A stretch of 63,081 bases of DNA, filler included, from Reclinomonas americana ATCC 50394 (Eukaryota): assembly GCA_048213135.1 (NCBI GenBank). It is 29 parts of 29 records of this genome, joined end to end, with 100 filler letters (N's around TTAATTAATTAA, not from the genome) between each part and the next. Parts side by side here need not be neighbours in the genome. Positions count along the whole stretch, not along the records: positions 1 to 2,249 come from AFZH01024979.1; positions 2,350 to 4,597 come from AFZH01024980.1; positions 4,698 to 6,944 come from AFZH01024981.1; positions 7,045 to 9,287 come from AFZH01024982.1; positions 9,388 to 11,628 come from AFZH01024983.1; positions 11,729 to 13,960 come from AFZH01024985.1; 23 more parts are not named here. One strand, 5' to 3'. Shown piece after piece: positions 1 through 11,753 of this stretch; position 1 is the stretch's first letter; every line of letters starts with the position of its first letter. The notes under the pieces were generated by a model, which saw only the letters and a list, made by a program, of their open reading frames with translations, had not been told where the DNA came from and ran no database searches. The translations under genes were made by a program, and so were the position numbers.

Positions 1-1412
1 CCGCCCGCCTCACCTGGCAGAACCCGGAGTCGCTCGACATCGAGCCGTGGATCGCCTCCGACTGGACCGTGAACGACGACGCGACCGAGTACACGTTCAA
101 TCTGAAGCCCGACGTCACGTTCTCCGACGGCACCCCGCTCGATGCCGCGGCCGTGGCGAAGAACTTCGACACGTACGGGCTCGGCGTCGCCGATCGAGGG
201 CTCACGATCTCCGAGGCGATCAACAACTACGCCAGCAGCGAGGTCGTCGACGAGGACACGGTCACGTTCCGCTTCTCGGCTCCGGCACCCGGTTTCCTGC
301 AGGCCACATCGACCATCAACTCGGGCCTCCTCTCGCCCGCGACGCTCGACGGCACGATCGAGGACTTCGGCGCCGGCAACGCGGAGGAGATCATCGGCTC
401 AGGCCCCTTCACCGTGACCGACGAGAAGCTGGGCACCGAGTACACGCTCACGGCGCGCGACGACTACGCGTGGGCGCCGGAGAGCGCGGAGAACCAGGGG
501 CGTCCGTACGTCGACGCCGTGCACGTGCTCGTCACGCCCGAGGACTCGGTGCGCATCGGCTCGCTGATCGCCGGACAGGCCGACTACGTGCGGTACGTGC
601 AGGCCTTCGACGAGGACCGTGTCGAGAGCGCGGGCTTCACCCTCTACGCCCCGCAGACCCGGGGTGTGAACAACGCGATCAGCCTGCGTCCGAGCAACCC
701 GCTCCTCACCGACATCCGCGTCCGCCAGGCGCTGGTCGCCGCGGTCGACGCGCAGGAGGTCGTCGACACGCTCTTCACCGAGAACTATCCGGTCGCGACC
801 TCGGTCCTCTCGTCCGAGGCCCTCGGCTACAAGGACGAGTCCGAGCACTACGCGTTCGATCCCGACAAGGCCGAGAAGCTCCTCGACGACGCCGGATGGA
901 AGCCGGGATCCGACGGAATCCGCGAGAAGGACGGCGAGCGCCTCTCCTTCACGGTGTACGAGGCGAAGCCGCAGCCCCTCTCGAAGCAGACCCTCGAGCT
1001 CGTCGCGCAGCAGCTGGCGAAGGTCGGTGTCGAGCTGAGCGTCAAGCCGGGAGACGCCGGAAGCGCCGCCGCCGACAACCGCGACCCGCTCAAGACCGGC
1101 TTCTACCACTCCATGGTCGGACGCGCCGACCTCGACGTGATCAAGAGCCAGTACTTCACGAAGAACCGCGACACGCTCATCTCGAACGACGCCGAGCTCG
1201 ACGCTCTGCTGCTCGCCGTGGCATCCGAGCCCGACCCCGACAAGCGCGTCGCCGCCTCCCAGGCCGTGCAGGACTACATCGCCGAGCAGGCGTACGTGAT
1301 CCCGCTGTTCGAGGAGCCGCAGGTGTACGGCGCGGCGACCTACGTGCAGGGCGTGGCCTTCGAGTCGGTGGGTCGTCCGACCTTCTCCGGCGTGTGGCTC
1401 GCCGAGCACTGA
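1..1412 (+). CDS. ABC transporter substrate-binding protein (family 5, KPN_01854/TIGR04028-like), 5'-partial; actinobacterial
   Basis: Frame is open from the contig start (..RLTWQNPESLDIEPWIASDWTVNDDATEYTFNLKPDVTFSDGTPLDA..IGSGPF) and has SBP_bac_5 motifs. High GC3; TGA at 1410-1412. Confidence 0.9.
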   Translation, partial: ARLTWQNPESLDIEPWIASDWTVNDDATEYTFNLKPDVTFSDGTPLDAAAVAKNFDTYGLGVADRGLTISEAINNYASSEVVDEDTVTFRFSAPAPGFLQATSTINSGLLSPATLDGTIEDFGAGNAEEIIGSGPFTVTDEKLGTEYTLTARDDYAWAPESAENQGRPYVDAVHVLVTPEDSVRIGSLIAGQADYVRYVQAFDEDRVESAGFTLYAPQTRGVNNAISLRPSNPLLTDIRVRQALVAAVDAQEVVDTLFTENYPVATSVLSSEALGYKDESEHYAFDPDKAEKLLDDAGWKPGSDGIREKDGERLSFTVYEAKPQPLSKQTLELVAQQLAKVGVELSVKPGDAGSAAADNRDPLKTGFYHSMVGRADLDVIKSQYFTKNRDTLISNDAELDALLLAVASEPDPDKRVAASQAVQDYIAEQAYVIPLFEEPQVYGAATYVQGVAFESVGRPTFSGVWLAEH

Positions 1413-1428
1413 TGAGCACGGTGCACCG

Positions 1429-2249
1429 ATGAGCTTCGTCCTCCGACGAGCCGGGCAGGCCGCGATCGTTCTGATCGCGGCCTTCACGGCCACCTTCTTC
1501 CTGCTGCAGCTGCTGCCGGGCGATGCGATCCTGATCAAGTTCTCGGACCCGAGCCTCGGGCTCTCGCCCGATCAGCTCGACAGCATCCGCGCGACCTACG
1601 GCGCCGACCTGCCGTGGTGGGAGCAGTACGTGCACGCGGGGCTGGGCTTCCTGGCCGGGGACTTCGGGTACTCGACGCAATTCGGGACTCCCGTGCTCAC
1701 GATGCTGGGCGAGGCGCTGCCGTCGACGCTCCTGCTGGCCTTCCTGGGCCTGGTCGTGGCGCTGGTGATCGCGGTCCTCGTCGCCGGGCTCTCGTCGCTC
1801 GCGCGCTTCGCGTGGCTGCGCGACGGTCTGCGTCAGATCCCCGGACTGTTCGTGGCCGTTCCGGTCTTCTGGCTCGGGATCCTGCTCATCCAGGTGTTCT
1901 CCTTCGGCCTCGGATGGGTGCCGATCGTCGGCGCCGACCCGGTGTCGGGGCTCATCCTCCCGGTGCTCACGCTCGCCGTGCCGATCTCGGCGCCGCTGGC
2001 GCAGGTGCTCGTGCGCAGCATCGATCAGGTGCAGGCCCAGCCGTTCATCACGGTCGTGCGGGCCAAGGGGGCGCCTCCCGTCTGGGTGCTCACCCGCTCG
2101 GTCGCCCGGAACGCGGCGGTGCCGACCCTCACGATCGCGGGTGTGCTGTTCGGCGAGCTCGTCGGCGGCGCGGTGGTGACGGAGACCGTGTTCGGTCGCA
2201 CCGGCGTCGGACGGCTCACCGAGCAGGCCGTCGCGAACCAGGACATCCC
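1429..2249 (+). CDS. ABC transporter permease (DppB/OppB-like), 3'-partial
   Basis: GDFGYS motif, several TM helices, EAA-like loop (VVRAKGA), and GGAVVTETVF.R.G.G motif. Lies directly downstream of the SBP. Confidence 0.9.
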
Positions 2250-2349
2250 NNNNNNNNNNNNNNNNNNNNNNNNNNNNNNNNNNNNNNNNNNNNTTAATTA
2301 ATTAANNNNNNNNNNNNNNNNNNNNNNNNNNNNNNNNNNNNNNNNNNNN
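2250..2349. other. Artificial contig-joining spacer N44-TTAATTAATTAA-N44 (first of 28 in the window)
   Basis: The same 100-nt spacer with a six-frame-stop linker recurs between all contigs. Confidence 0.98.
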
Positions 2350-2728
2350 CCACGCGCACCACCAATGCCAAGAGCAGCAGAGTCACCGCCACCACCACAG
2401 TCTGCACACGCACACACACACACACACAGAGGGAATGCGTGTGAGACAGAGCACACAAGAGAATAAGACGCGGAGAGAGAGAGAGGCGGCGCAACGGAGA
2501 CGGCTGTCTGTTTCTTGTTCTTCTTCGTCACGTGCTTCATCATATGTCGCGAACACTGATGATGATGATGATGTTGTTGTTGTTGTTGTTGTTGTTGCAT
2601 GGATGATAGTGTTGCTTGTGTGTGTTGTTGTTGTGTGTGCACCGCGACGATATAATTAAGAAGCAGACAATGCGGGACACTTTCAGGACTCATCTGTCTT
2701 ACGTATCTCAAACAACAGTGGAGAGTTC

Positions 2729-4586
2729 ATGGCTTCATCCTCTGGCTCCGTCTCCGCCGCAGCTGGCGGCAGCAAGGCCTCGGCGCAGGACCTGGTGGAG
2801 CGCATCGACGCGGCCATCCTCTCGCGCATGGCCACCAGCCCCGACGGCCGCCTGACCTCCACGCTGGCCTTGGCCGCTGAGATGGGCCTCGACCACGTCG
2901 CCGATGTCACACCGGTCAGTGCATGCAAATCAACGAGGGGCGCGGGGGTGGGGAAAAAGTGCGTGACATGTCGCCTGTTTGTTGTCGTTGTCGTGCACAG
3001 CGCGTGATCAGTCTCGAGAGCGAGGACTATGTCAGCAAGACAGTGGTCAGCTCCGTGCAGATGCGAGTTGCGTTTGCATGGTCATTCTCGCGCGCTGTGT
3101 GTGCCTGTGCGTGACATGTCCACTCTCTCTCTCTCACACAGGTGACTCCTCTGCTTGATGCCTTCCTGCGTCACGGCACGCCAGAGCACGTGCTCGTCAG
3201 TCAGTTGCCTCCAGTGGGCGAGTTTGTCAACAAGGACGAGTTTGGTGCGCGTGCTGCAGCGCACTTGGAGGAGCTCGGCCTCGGAGATGCAAAGGTGTGT
3301 GTGTGGGTGGTCGTCGTGTTTGATCATTTCCTCACAGTCACTAATGGATGCATGCGTGTGTGTGCATGCAGAGCTTCAACAATACCTTTGGCAAGGCCAT
3401 GGCCAACAAGTGGGTTGTGTCGGAGAAGCGAGGCAAGGATGTGTTTGTGGCGCGCGCTGCGGTGAGTGTGATTCTGTCTTGCATGCCAACAGACGAGCAG
3501 TTGGGTGACTGTTTTTGGTGGCAAGCAGGAGGCGATCTCTGCGGATCCAATGGTGCCGGTGATGCTGGCGTTCAGGGAGAACCCGGCGTCGGTGTCGGAT
3601 AAGGAGGTGCAGATGTTGAAGACGAGAGGATTGGTGCAGGCGGTGTTGCGTGCAAAAATGACAACTCGCGTCGGTGACCGGTGAGGCGGTATGTGACTGA
3701 TGCTGGTGTTGCTGCCGTGCAGTACCATCAAGGACTTTTCGTTGGAGAAGGGTGTGAGTTGGCGGCCAGCGCGTGTGCGCATGGAGACGGAGATCACCGA
3801 TGAGATGCTGGCGTCGTTGCGTCTCGTCATTCTCTGCGTGCAGTTGTTGCTGTTGTGCGCTGCTTTTTCACACTGCGTTTGGCGCTTGCAGTGGAGCATG
3901 GGCAACTACGTCGTTCAAGAAGGTCAACCTGAACGCTCGTGGACGGAGTGTGGAGGGTGGTCTGTTGCACCCGCTGCTGAAGGTCCGCACGGACATTCGC
4001 AACATTTTGCTGCAAATGGGGTTCGTGGTGCACGTCGGTGGAGGGTCATGTGTTTCGTGAATTATCACCAACGTGCATGAATGTGGTGTAGTTTTGAGGA
4101 GATGCCGACGAATCGCTTCGTGGAGGCTGCGTTCTGGAACTTTGATTCGCTCTTCCAGCCGCAGCAGCACCCGGCTCGCGATCTGCACGACACTTTCTAC
4201 ATTTCAGGTGCGTGGACTAGTCGTTCTCTCTCAACTCCCACTTTGAGAGACTTATGTACGGTGATGGTGTCGCAGATCCACCGGCTGCCGCCTTCTTGCC
4301 ACCCGACTACGTGGAGCGTGTGCGCACCGTGCACGAGGTTGGTGGACACGGGTCCATTGGCTACCGGTACAACTGGTCTGAGGACGAGGCTCGGCGTCTC
4401 TTGCTGCGAACGCACACAACCGCTGTGTCGTCACGTGTGCTGAATGAGCTGGCGGCGGAGCCGGTGTTCCGACCACGCAAGTTCTTCTCGATTGATCGTG
4501 TGTTCCGCAATGAGGACATGGATGCCACACACTTGTGCGAGTTCCACCAGATCGAGGGCATGGTCGTCGATCGCAACCTGTCCTTG
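2729..4586 (+). CDS. FARSA: Eukaryotic cytosolic phenylalanyl-tRNA synthetase alpha subunit, 9 exons seen, 3'-partial
   Basis: Spliced GT-AG exons give [54 protein letters not shown] and [25 protein letters not shown]. Donors at 2915, 3067, 3295, 3462, 3645, 3816, 4021, 4208, 4587. Confidence 0.95.
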
Positions 4587-4697
4587 GTTTGTCGTCANNN
4601 NNNNNNNNNNNNNNNNNNNNNNNNNNNNNNNNNNNNNNNNNTTAATTAATTAANNNNNNNNNNNNNNNNNNNNNNNNNNNNNNNNNNNNNNNNNNNN

Positions 4698-6944
4698 AGA
4701 GAGAGGGTGAACAACCAGTTTCAACACAAACAAAATGGGCACGAGCGCAACGAGGCGGCAGTTCCTCCAGCACACTCGGGTCAATGCGATGAGCGGCCAT
4801 GGCGGTGGCCTGTCGCGTCTCAAGCAGCGTCCGTTGTATCGCACCGGCAACTCGCTTGCCCACAGCACCGCCACCACCCCGACCACGTTTCCGCAACGAC
4901 GGCTCTCCCGCAGCGGCTGTCGCCGGTTGCAGCCGTCGTCGCTTGACCGGTGGTTCGACCAGCTGATCCACGTCCACCACCTCGTCGTCGTCGTCGCCGT
5001 CGTCACCATTGTCAACGTCCACCGGGTCGTCTTCGGCATCGACGTCGATCACGGCATTGCCGCCTTCATCGTCGTCGTCCATGTCCACCACATGCACTGG
5101 TTGTTTGCGTCGCATCATGGACAGCAGCGAGCCCGCCGGCGCCGGCTGCTGTGGTGGCCCTGACGCCGATGGCGGGGGCGGTCGACGAAGACTGCGACCG
5201 TACGAGCGCTCCACCTCCTCTCGAATGGAGGCCGGTAGTTGCGCCAGAACCTGCTCGTCGAGCTGAGACAGTGACGGCAACATGTCGGCCTCGTCTGGCG
5301 AGCGCTTCCTCAACACCAGCTGGTCTGTGTCACTGCTGCGCGCTGCATGAGAGGCCGCCATGCCATCCAGCGTGCCTGTAACGAGAACTTCGCGTTGAGC
5401 TCGTGTAGAAAAAATAGAGAATTGGGGTCGCGAAGACGACGAACCCTGGCGAGGACCACTGGCGCCGGTGCTGACCGACAGTCGGGACAATGCAATGCCG
5501 AGACCGCGCACCTCGATGTACGGGATCTTGAAGGCGAGGAAGAGGGCGCGGGCATGTGCATGTACTGCATCCAACGAAGCTGTCGACTCGGGCAGCATTG
5601 TGCTCTTGGAGAAGTTGACACAGTCGCCGTGACCGAGAAACTTGGCCGGTTGGTCAGAGCCAGGTCGCCGTTGCATCAGCTGCAGGCGACGCACGGAAAT
5701 GGGCCCCTGCACGCGGTTTCGTGAAGGGAGAGCGCACCACAACACTCACTTTCACAGTCACACACTTGCACCGGAGATTGCCCTCGTGCAGTCGCTTCAC
5801 CGACTGCTCGCACATGTTGCGAACGAGGGTCATGGCCTCTTCCTGCGACGCCAACCGCACACCCCACGTCACTTGTGCGCCTACCGACTTGGGTCCCTGT
5901 GACCCGATCGGAAGTGGTCAGCTGCCTCCGCAGAGAGATCATGCGTACTCGGTGGCGTCACTCACCTCGTTGACGACAATCTCACGAGTGTCGTGACCAC
6001 GAGAAAAGTTGTGCAGCATCTCACCGGTCTTTTCGCCAAAGTCGCGCTTGAGCGTAGACTGCAGGCAACAACACAGGTGTCAACACCGACAAACCATCTT
6101 CGACGAGCAAGTGCACGTATGCAACCAAAGGCACTTGCTGCAACTGGCGACACGTTTCCACATTCATTTCCTCCAACTTTTTCGCCAGCGACCAACCGAC
6201 TCCATGCAGGCTGCGCACGGGCAGATCAAGCAGCAGGGACATGGCCTGGGGATTGAGCCAGTGAGTAAGTGTAAGCATACGAGATAATGAGGCGATTCAC
6301 ATACATCGGCTCGCGACAGGTACAGCTGTCCGTTGGGTTTGGCACGACCTGTGGCGAGTCGAGCAAAGAGAATGTTGCACGCTGATCGATGCACAGTCAG
6401 ACGATGTGACGCAGCGGTAACAGGGGGGACAGTAGAATGCAACAAATGCCAGCCGAGGCGGTGCACTGCGTGCGCTCCTCGATCTCGCGCCGGATGTCGG
6501 CCATGGTGGCGACGGGATCTGGCGAGCCCGTGATGTCCAGCAGCGCCTCATCACAGCTCAGCGGCTACAGTAGCAGCACAAGAGAGGTCGTGAATGATAC
6601 ACGGCATGAGAACAAATGCACTTCGAGATGGCGCACCTGCACACGAGCCGACCAGCGGAAAAGCGTCTCATACAGCGCCAGCGACACCTACACCACGAGC
6701 ACAAACGTAAGCATGGCACCTGATGGATATATCAACAGCAACACCATCGGACCTGTTCAAACTGGTCGAACTGGTACGGAATCACGCGCAGGTTCGGGCA
6801 CTGTTTGTGCATGGTCGTGTGAGCAATGTGTGTAGGCTCGTGCACAGCGGTTGCACACTGACCAACTTGCGCGCCGAGCCAAGCCACATGCCATTGCGTA
6901 CGCCGTACTTGCGGGCTTCGTAGTTGACCGAGGCAACTTCGCCA
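4698..6944 (-). CDS. REV1: Y-family polymerase REV1, internal spliced fragment
   Basis: Exons encode EVASVNYEARKYGVRNGM, SCDEALLD, NILFARLAT..AKPNGQ, LHGVGW, FGEKTGEML, KFLGHGDC and RGLGI, plus two UBM-like motifs (LPSLSQLDEQVLAQLPASIREE; IDPSVLEELPP). Confidence 0.9.
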
Positions 6945-7044
6945 NNNNNNNNNNNNNNNNNNNNNNNNNNNNNNNNNNNNNNNNNNNNTTAATTAATTAA
7001 NNNNNNNNNNNNNNNNNNNNNNNNNNNNNNNNNNNNNNNNNNNN

Positions 7045-8082
7045 CTCCTCCGGTTGGTGCTGCTGCGCTTGCTCCTGGTGCAAGTACTCGCGATCGGTTT
7101 CAAGTGGCCACTGATCCGAATGCTCCTCGCCGCGCTGTGAACGTTCGCTCCAATCTGATGGGTGTTGCTCTCGGGCACGCTCTGAAGTTGGGTGTCAGTG
7201 TGGTGGTGCATCCGGCTGCTTCTGCTGGTCAGCCTCCACTGGTGGTCGAACGGCTGGCTGACGCGTACGGTGGTGTTGTGTTTCCCTTTGCCTCTCGCTT
7301 TTTGCCTGCGATGTCACACTTCTACTTCAAGTGCTGGAAGGCGCTTGCGGCAGTGTTGTGCCTTTGTCGACTCTCTGCAGAAGGCTGCTGCTGGAACCCA
7401 TGACGTGGTGGCTCACCTCGCCGAGAAGGAGCAGCGTTTCCTGTGCAAGATGCGGACCAACTCCGTCATGCATATGCTCAACAACAAGGCGGCGGTCTTC
7501 ATCGGCAACCCTGGTGGCCCCGCGTCACTGTGCCCACTCTAGATCTGTGGCAAGGAGTCGGCCGCGGAGTCGCTCGGATACTTGCTCAACGGCTGTGAAA
7601 GGCTGAAGGGCTTGTGGACGACGCGTCACGACAACGTGCTTGACGTCCTTCAAGCGGCTCTGGTGCGGCGCCCCAAGGTGGACGGTGTGGCGTGCCAGCT
7701 GTTGCGCGAGTGTGTCGACATTGGCTTGCTGCCTGCGGCGGTGGACTTTGCCAACCACGCCAACTTGGCCAGGCTCAAGTCGGACCTCACCCTGGTTCAT
7801 ACCAGAGAGGGGACTGGTGAGATCTGCTCGGTCCAGGTGGCCATGGTGGAGCTGACGTGCCCCTTCGCCAACGGAGACTCGGTCAAGTCTGCTGCAGTCA
7901 ACGGCAAGAAGGCCAAGTACGACTCGTTAACGTTGGTCAAGGCCATCAAGCAGAAGGTCGGCGATCAGGCCAAGGTTGAGCTGGTGGTGCTCCCTGTGAC
8001 CTCGATTGGCACGGCCTCGGCCTTGGTGTCGACTGGCCTCCGTCGTCTCGGCGTGCGCAACGTCCGACAGCGCATCTCTTAG
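7045..8082 (+). mobile_element. Decayed 3' part of a non-LTR retrotransposon ORF with a restriction-enzyme-like (REL) endonuclease (R2/R4/CRE-like)
   Basis: Degenerate CCHC knuckle (CPL*ICGKESAAESLGYLLNGC) followed by RHDNV, K[S/P]DL, VELTCPF, KKAKY and VLPVTSIG in the canonical REL order. Frameshift near 7345, in-frame TAG at 7540, no introns. Confidence 0.8.
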
Positions 8083-8680
8083 CACAACGACATGTCGGCA
8101 TGCTACGTACAAGTTACTCGATGTTTGTCCAACGATGCAAGGGAGTGGGTGGTGCACAGGTTCAGGCCGGAGTGCAGCTTGCTCATGGTGGTGCGGTGTG
8201 AGAGAAGTAACAGTTTCCGGATCCCAGTGCTTGCCCCACTGTTCTTCTTGATATGATCAATTTCTCTTTGTCTTCTTCGTAGTTTACCGCGATGGACGTC
8301 TTCTGGTGGTCATTGCTGACGAAGTCTTCTTCCTGGCCTGGAGGCCGTGTGTCCTGAATTCGAATACAGGGCTTTATTCTCAACATCGACAACACACTTA
8401 AAACAGTTTTAGTTGTAGAAGGAAAGCACACGAGACTTGTTGGCGATCACTGGTAGATGCTCATTGTTGTGTATGGATCAGTGAAGTTTCTATTATGATT
8501 ATATTACAAGTAAATGGGGAGGCCTACCGCGGGTCTTCAAGGTTAAATTGTGTGAAGCAGTTCATTGCAAACCATCGTGGCAGTGTAGTCAGGGTGCAGC
8601 TGTGTGGAGGTACGATCTGAGACGCAGAGCGACGCGCCGCCGTGCACGTGGAGAGCTGCCATCCATCTCAAAACGGCTGG

Positions 8681-8926
8681 CCACCAACCATCGTCACACT
8701 GCCGCCGCACGCTGATCAAGGCGATTGAGCAGACGGTGCGCACGTGCCAGACTGCACGCCACCAACCATCGTCACACTGCCGCCGCCAGGTGAACGAGCC
8801 GACGGTCACAGACTGCATGCCACTAACCATCGTCACACTACCACCGCAAGCTGATCAAGGTGTGGGTGAACGAGCAGAAAGTCACAGACTGCACGCCACC
8901 ATCCGTCGTCACACTACCACCGCAAG
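8681..8926. repeat. Four degenerate tandem copies (periods 78, 61, 76 nt) with core CCACCAACCATCGTCACACTGCCGCCGCA
   Basis: Core starts at 8681, 8759, 8820 and 8896. The intervening segments are related to each other (GCTGATCAAGG, GGTGAACGAGC, CAGACTGCAYG). Confidence 0.85.
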
Positions 8927-8981
8927 TCGCTCCCCGCGCGTTGAGGTACGGACTTGCTGCTCCGTCTTGTGCACGCCCGCC

Positions 8982-9287
8982 AAAGTGTGTGCGCGACTGT
9001 CGGGAAAGTGTGCGCGCGGCACACACGCCACGAGAACATACGCACCCGTGGTGTGTTTCCACGCGTCGCCGCACACGCAGCACCGTGTTGTGCTACGCCC
9101 GCCAATTTTTTCCTCTCGATCTGCAGACATGTACATGCACCACCCACAAGAAACGAAGAAAGTGTGTGCGCGACTGTCGGGAAAGTGTGCGCGCGGCACA
9201 CGTGCCACGAGAACATACGCACCCGTGGTGTGTTTCCACGCGTCGCCGCACACGCAGCACCGTGTTGTGCTACGCCCGCCAATTTTT
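8982..9287. repeat. Near-identical 129-nt block repeated with a 177-nt period (satellite-like), truncated by the contig end
   Basis: 8982-9110 is nearly identical to 9159-9287 (AAAGTGTGTGCGCGACTGTCGGG...CGCCCGCCAATTTTT). Confidence 0.95.
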
Positions 9288-9387
9288 NNNNNNNNNNNNN
9301 NNNNNNNNNNNNNNNNNNNNNNNNNNNNNNNTTAATTAATTAANNNNNNNNNNNNNNNNNNNNNNNNNNNNNNNNNNNNNNNNNNNN

Positions 9388-10662
9388 GAAATGGGTGCCG
9401 ACCGTGTTGACGATCAACCCACCCGTTCCTTGCACGAACACGGCGCCGCCGCCCGCATTGCCTGCCGACGCTGCTGTGTTGCCCGACCCTACAACCGTGT
9501 TGCCAGAGAACACGCTGTCTTGGAAGGTGACAGTGGCATCGGCGGCAAGGTTGACCAACGACATGGCGGCTCCAGAGGCATCGTCACCGACCTTGGTGCA
9601 AGCGTGCCACGTCGAACCCGAAACTTGAACGACCGAGAAGGGACCGGAGGCGAGTACGGCAGAGGACTGCGTGCCACGTGCGGCAGCGCGATGGTCCACA
9701 AACTGCGAGTTGGTGACGGTGAGGGAGGCGGTGGAGGTGGAGGGTAGGGCAGTGGCATCCAGCCGCAGGGCGCCCGCCGTGGAGCCTGTGAACAGGCAGT
9801 TGGAGATCACGACTTGCGGCGACACGGTGGTGACCAACGCGCTCCACGAGACCGCCGGCTGACCACCCGTCACGGTGAGGCCAGTCATTTCGAAACGCGG
9901 CGAGTCCTGGACAAGGATGGGAAATGCTGACGCTTGCAAGATGGGCGATGACGATGGCGACGCGGACTGGAGAGTGATGTTGCGACCTGCAAAAGGTGGT
10001 GTTAGATCCTTTGATACCTGCCCGGCCTTCATCTCTATACCCATGTAGTGTAACTCTACAAGCTGTTCTCTGCCCCCCTCATCTCTTGGCTCCTAACCCT
10101 TGCTCTGTTGCTTGCCCCGTCATCCGATCACCAGGGTACACACCTTGTGACCGGCATTGACGAAAGTCGAGAAGGGACCAACAGTGGTCGAAAGTGAGAG
10201 CGACACATAATCAAAGGTGGTGGCATCAACCAATAGGAGTCTTAAGTGTACCTTCCGGAGTTTTCAATCGCAGTGTGTGCATGTGTGCAATATGTGCGCA
10301 TGTATGCGTGTCTTTCTAATTCACTTTCTGCGTATCTCTTGGTTGCCTGTCACGCTGCTGTCTCATTTCGAGCGCGCACTTTCTCACTCTCACTCTCTCG
10401 GTTGCTCGCTCTCTCTCTCTCTCTCTGTTGTGTGCCGCTATGTGTGTGGATGAGAGAGAGAGAGAGAGAGAATGAGCGGAGAGTGACAGGCGTCAAAGAT
10501 ACACAGAGAGAGTGAGAGAGTGAACGTTAACGAGCAATATCAAGAGAAAGAGCGAGCTCGAAAACGAGACAGCAGAGTGAACTAGAAGAAAAGGAGAACG
10601 ACGCGCCTACGCAATGAACACACATACACACGCACAGAGAGAGAAAGATAGAGAAGGAGACC

Positions 10663-10694
<32 letters not shown>

Positions 10695-11393
10695 GGAGCG
10701 CTTGGATCTGGGCATACTCACCACCAAGGGAGAGAGGCTCAGTTATGAGAAATGTGTCCGAGGAGAACAGCACTTGCAGACCCCACTCGGTTGATGTGGC
10801 TGGATAACCACGCTGAGAACACGATGCAGTGATCTGGCTGAGTGCGCAGGGGGTGGCGAGGTCGCCACACGGGGTGGAGGGTGAGCCGGTGGCGGCGACA
10901 TTCACTTGCGGACAATGGAGTTTTGATGAGCCACAGAGACACATACAAACACATGTACAGATCACTGCGTCACACATACACACACGCACATATGCACACT
11001 CTGAGAGAGTCAGAGAGCCAGAGAGAGAGAGAGTGAGAATGAAAGAGAGAGAGACTGGGGTAGAGAGAGGGAGCTGAGGGAGAGGCACATACCACGAACA
11101 CGCACACACTCACGCACACGCAATAATGCAGTCTACACACCTACACAGAGAGGCGATGGAGGCCCGGATGTCGACTCGAATACACGCTCAGTCGTACGCA
11201 GAGGAGGGGCGCGAACAACAATGGCATGGCGAACGACGGAAGACTGGCCATGGGCAAATATTTCTGAATTTGGAGCGGACATGTCGCGTGTCCCTTGCAC
11301 TCCATTCGCCCTCGCTGTGGATGGCAGAGCCACGAGAGAGAGCAGCAGCACGACCACCGCACATGCCGACAGGATGCGGTGGAGGTTCCGCAT
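9388..11393 (-). CDS. Eukaryotic secreted protein with right-handed beta-helix (pectin-lyase-like) repeats, spliced, 3'-partial
   Basis: Signal peptide MRNLHRILSACAVVVLLLSLVALPSTA at 11393. Has a G..S..CG....PC motif, and ISNCLFTG / FQDSVFSGN / GGGAVF beta-helix motifs. Introns are microsatellite-rich. Confidence 0.65.
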
Positions 11394-11728
11394 CGCCCGA
11401 AAAAATGCAGACGATTGCTCAGTTTTGGCCTCGTCTGCACACATGCACACACTTTCTGAGATTCAAGAGCACGTGCAAATGGTGAGCATTATATCGCTGC
11501 ACCACCAGTCAAGCTTTGAAACACACGACGCGCGCTGTGTGAGTGTGAGTGTACGTCCTGCAGCAAAAGGACGATATTTTCCTTGAGAGTGCGCTGGGGG
11601 CACTTGAACGCGCCGCTCCTGACACTCTNNNNNNNNNNNNNNNNNNNNNNNNNNNNNNNNNNNNNNNNNNNNTTAATTAATTAANNNNNNNNNNNNNNNN
11701 NNNNNNNNNNNNNNNNNNNNNNNNNNNN

Positions 11729-11753
11729 GAGCCTCCACGGGATCAGCCATCAT
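11729..11753 (-). CDS. N-terminus (MMADPVEAL..) of a gene overlapping the membrane-protein stop; probably a winged-helix transcriptional regulator
   Basis: ATGATG overlaps the upstream TGA. Only about 8 codons are visible, so the product call is inferred from common actinobacterial gene pairs. Confidence 0.35.

Noticed and set aside
47..1680. Long overlapping or antisense ORFs (e.g. 47-1432, 399-1538, and similar ones on other GC-rich contigs)
   Set aside because: Shadow ORFs caused by high GC3; Arg/Pro-rich with no motifs.
2250..2349. Recurrent TTAATTAATTAA palindrome
   Set aside because: Artificial six-frame-stop linker embedded in N runs.
7540..7542. In-frame TAG as evidence of stop-codon reassignment
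   Set aside because: It occurs only in a frameshifted retroelement. Housekeeping exons translate without stops, and TAA, TAG and TGA all end eukaryotic genes here.
8681..8926. CRISPR-like array (about 29-nt core with 30-50-nt intervening segments)
   Set aside because: The repeats are degenerate, the 'spacers' are homologous to each other, periods are irregular, there are no cas genes and the context is eukaryotic. It is a minisatellite.
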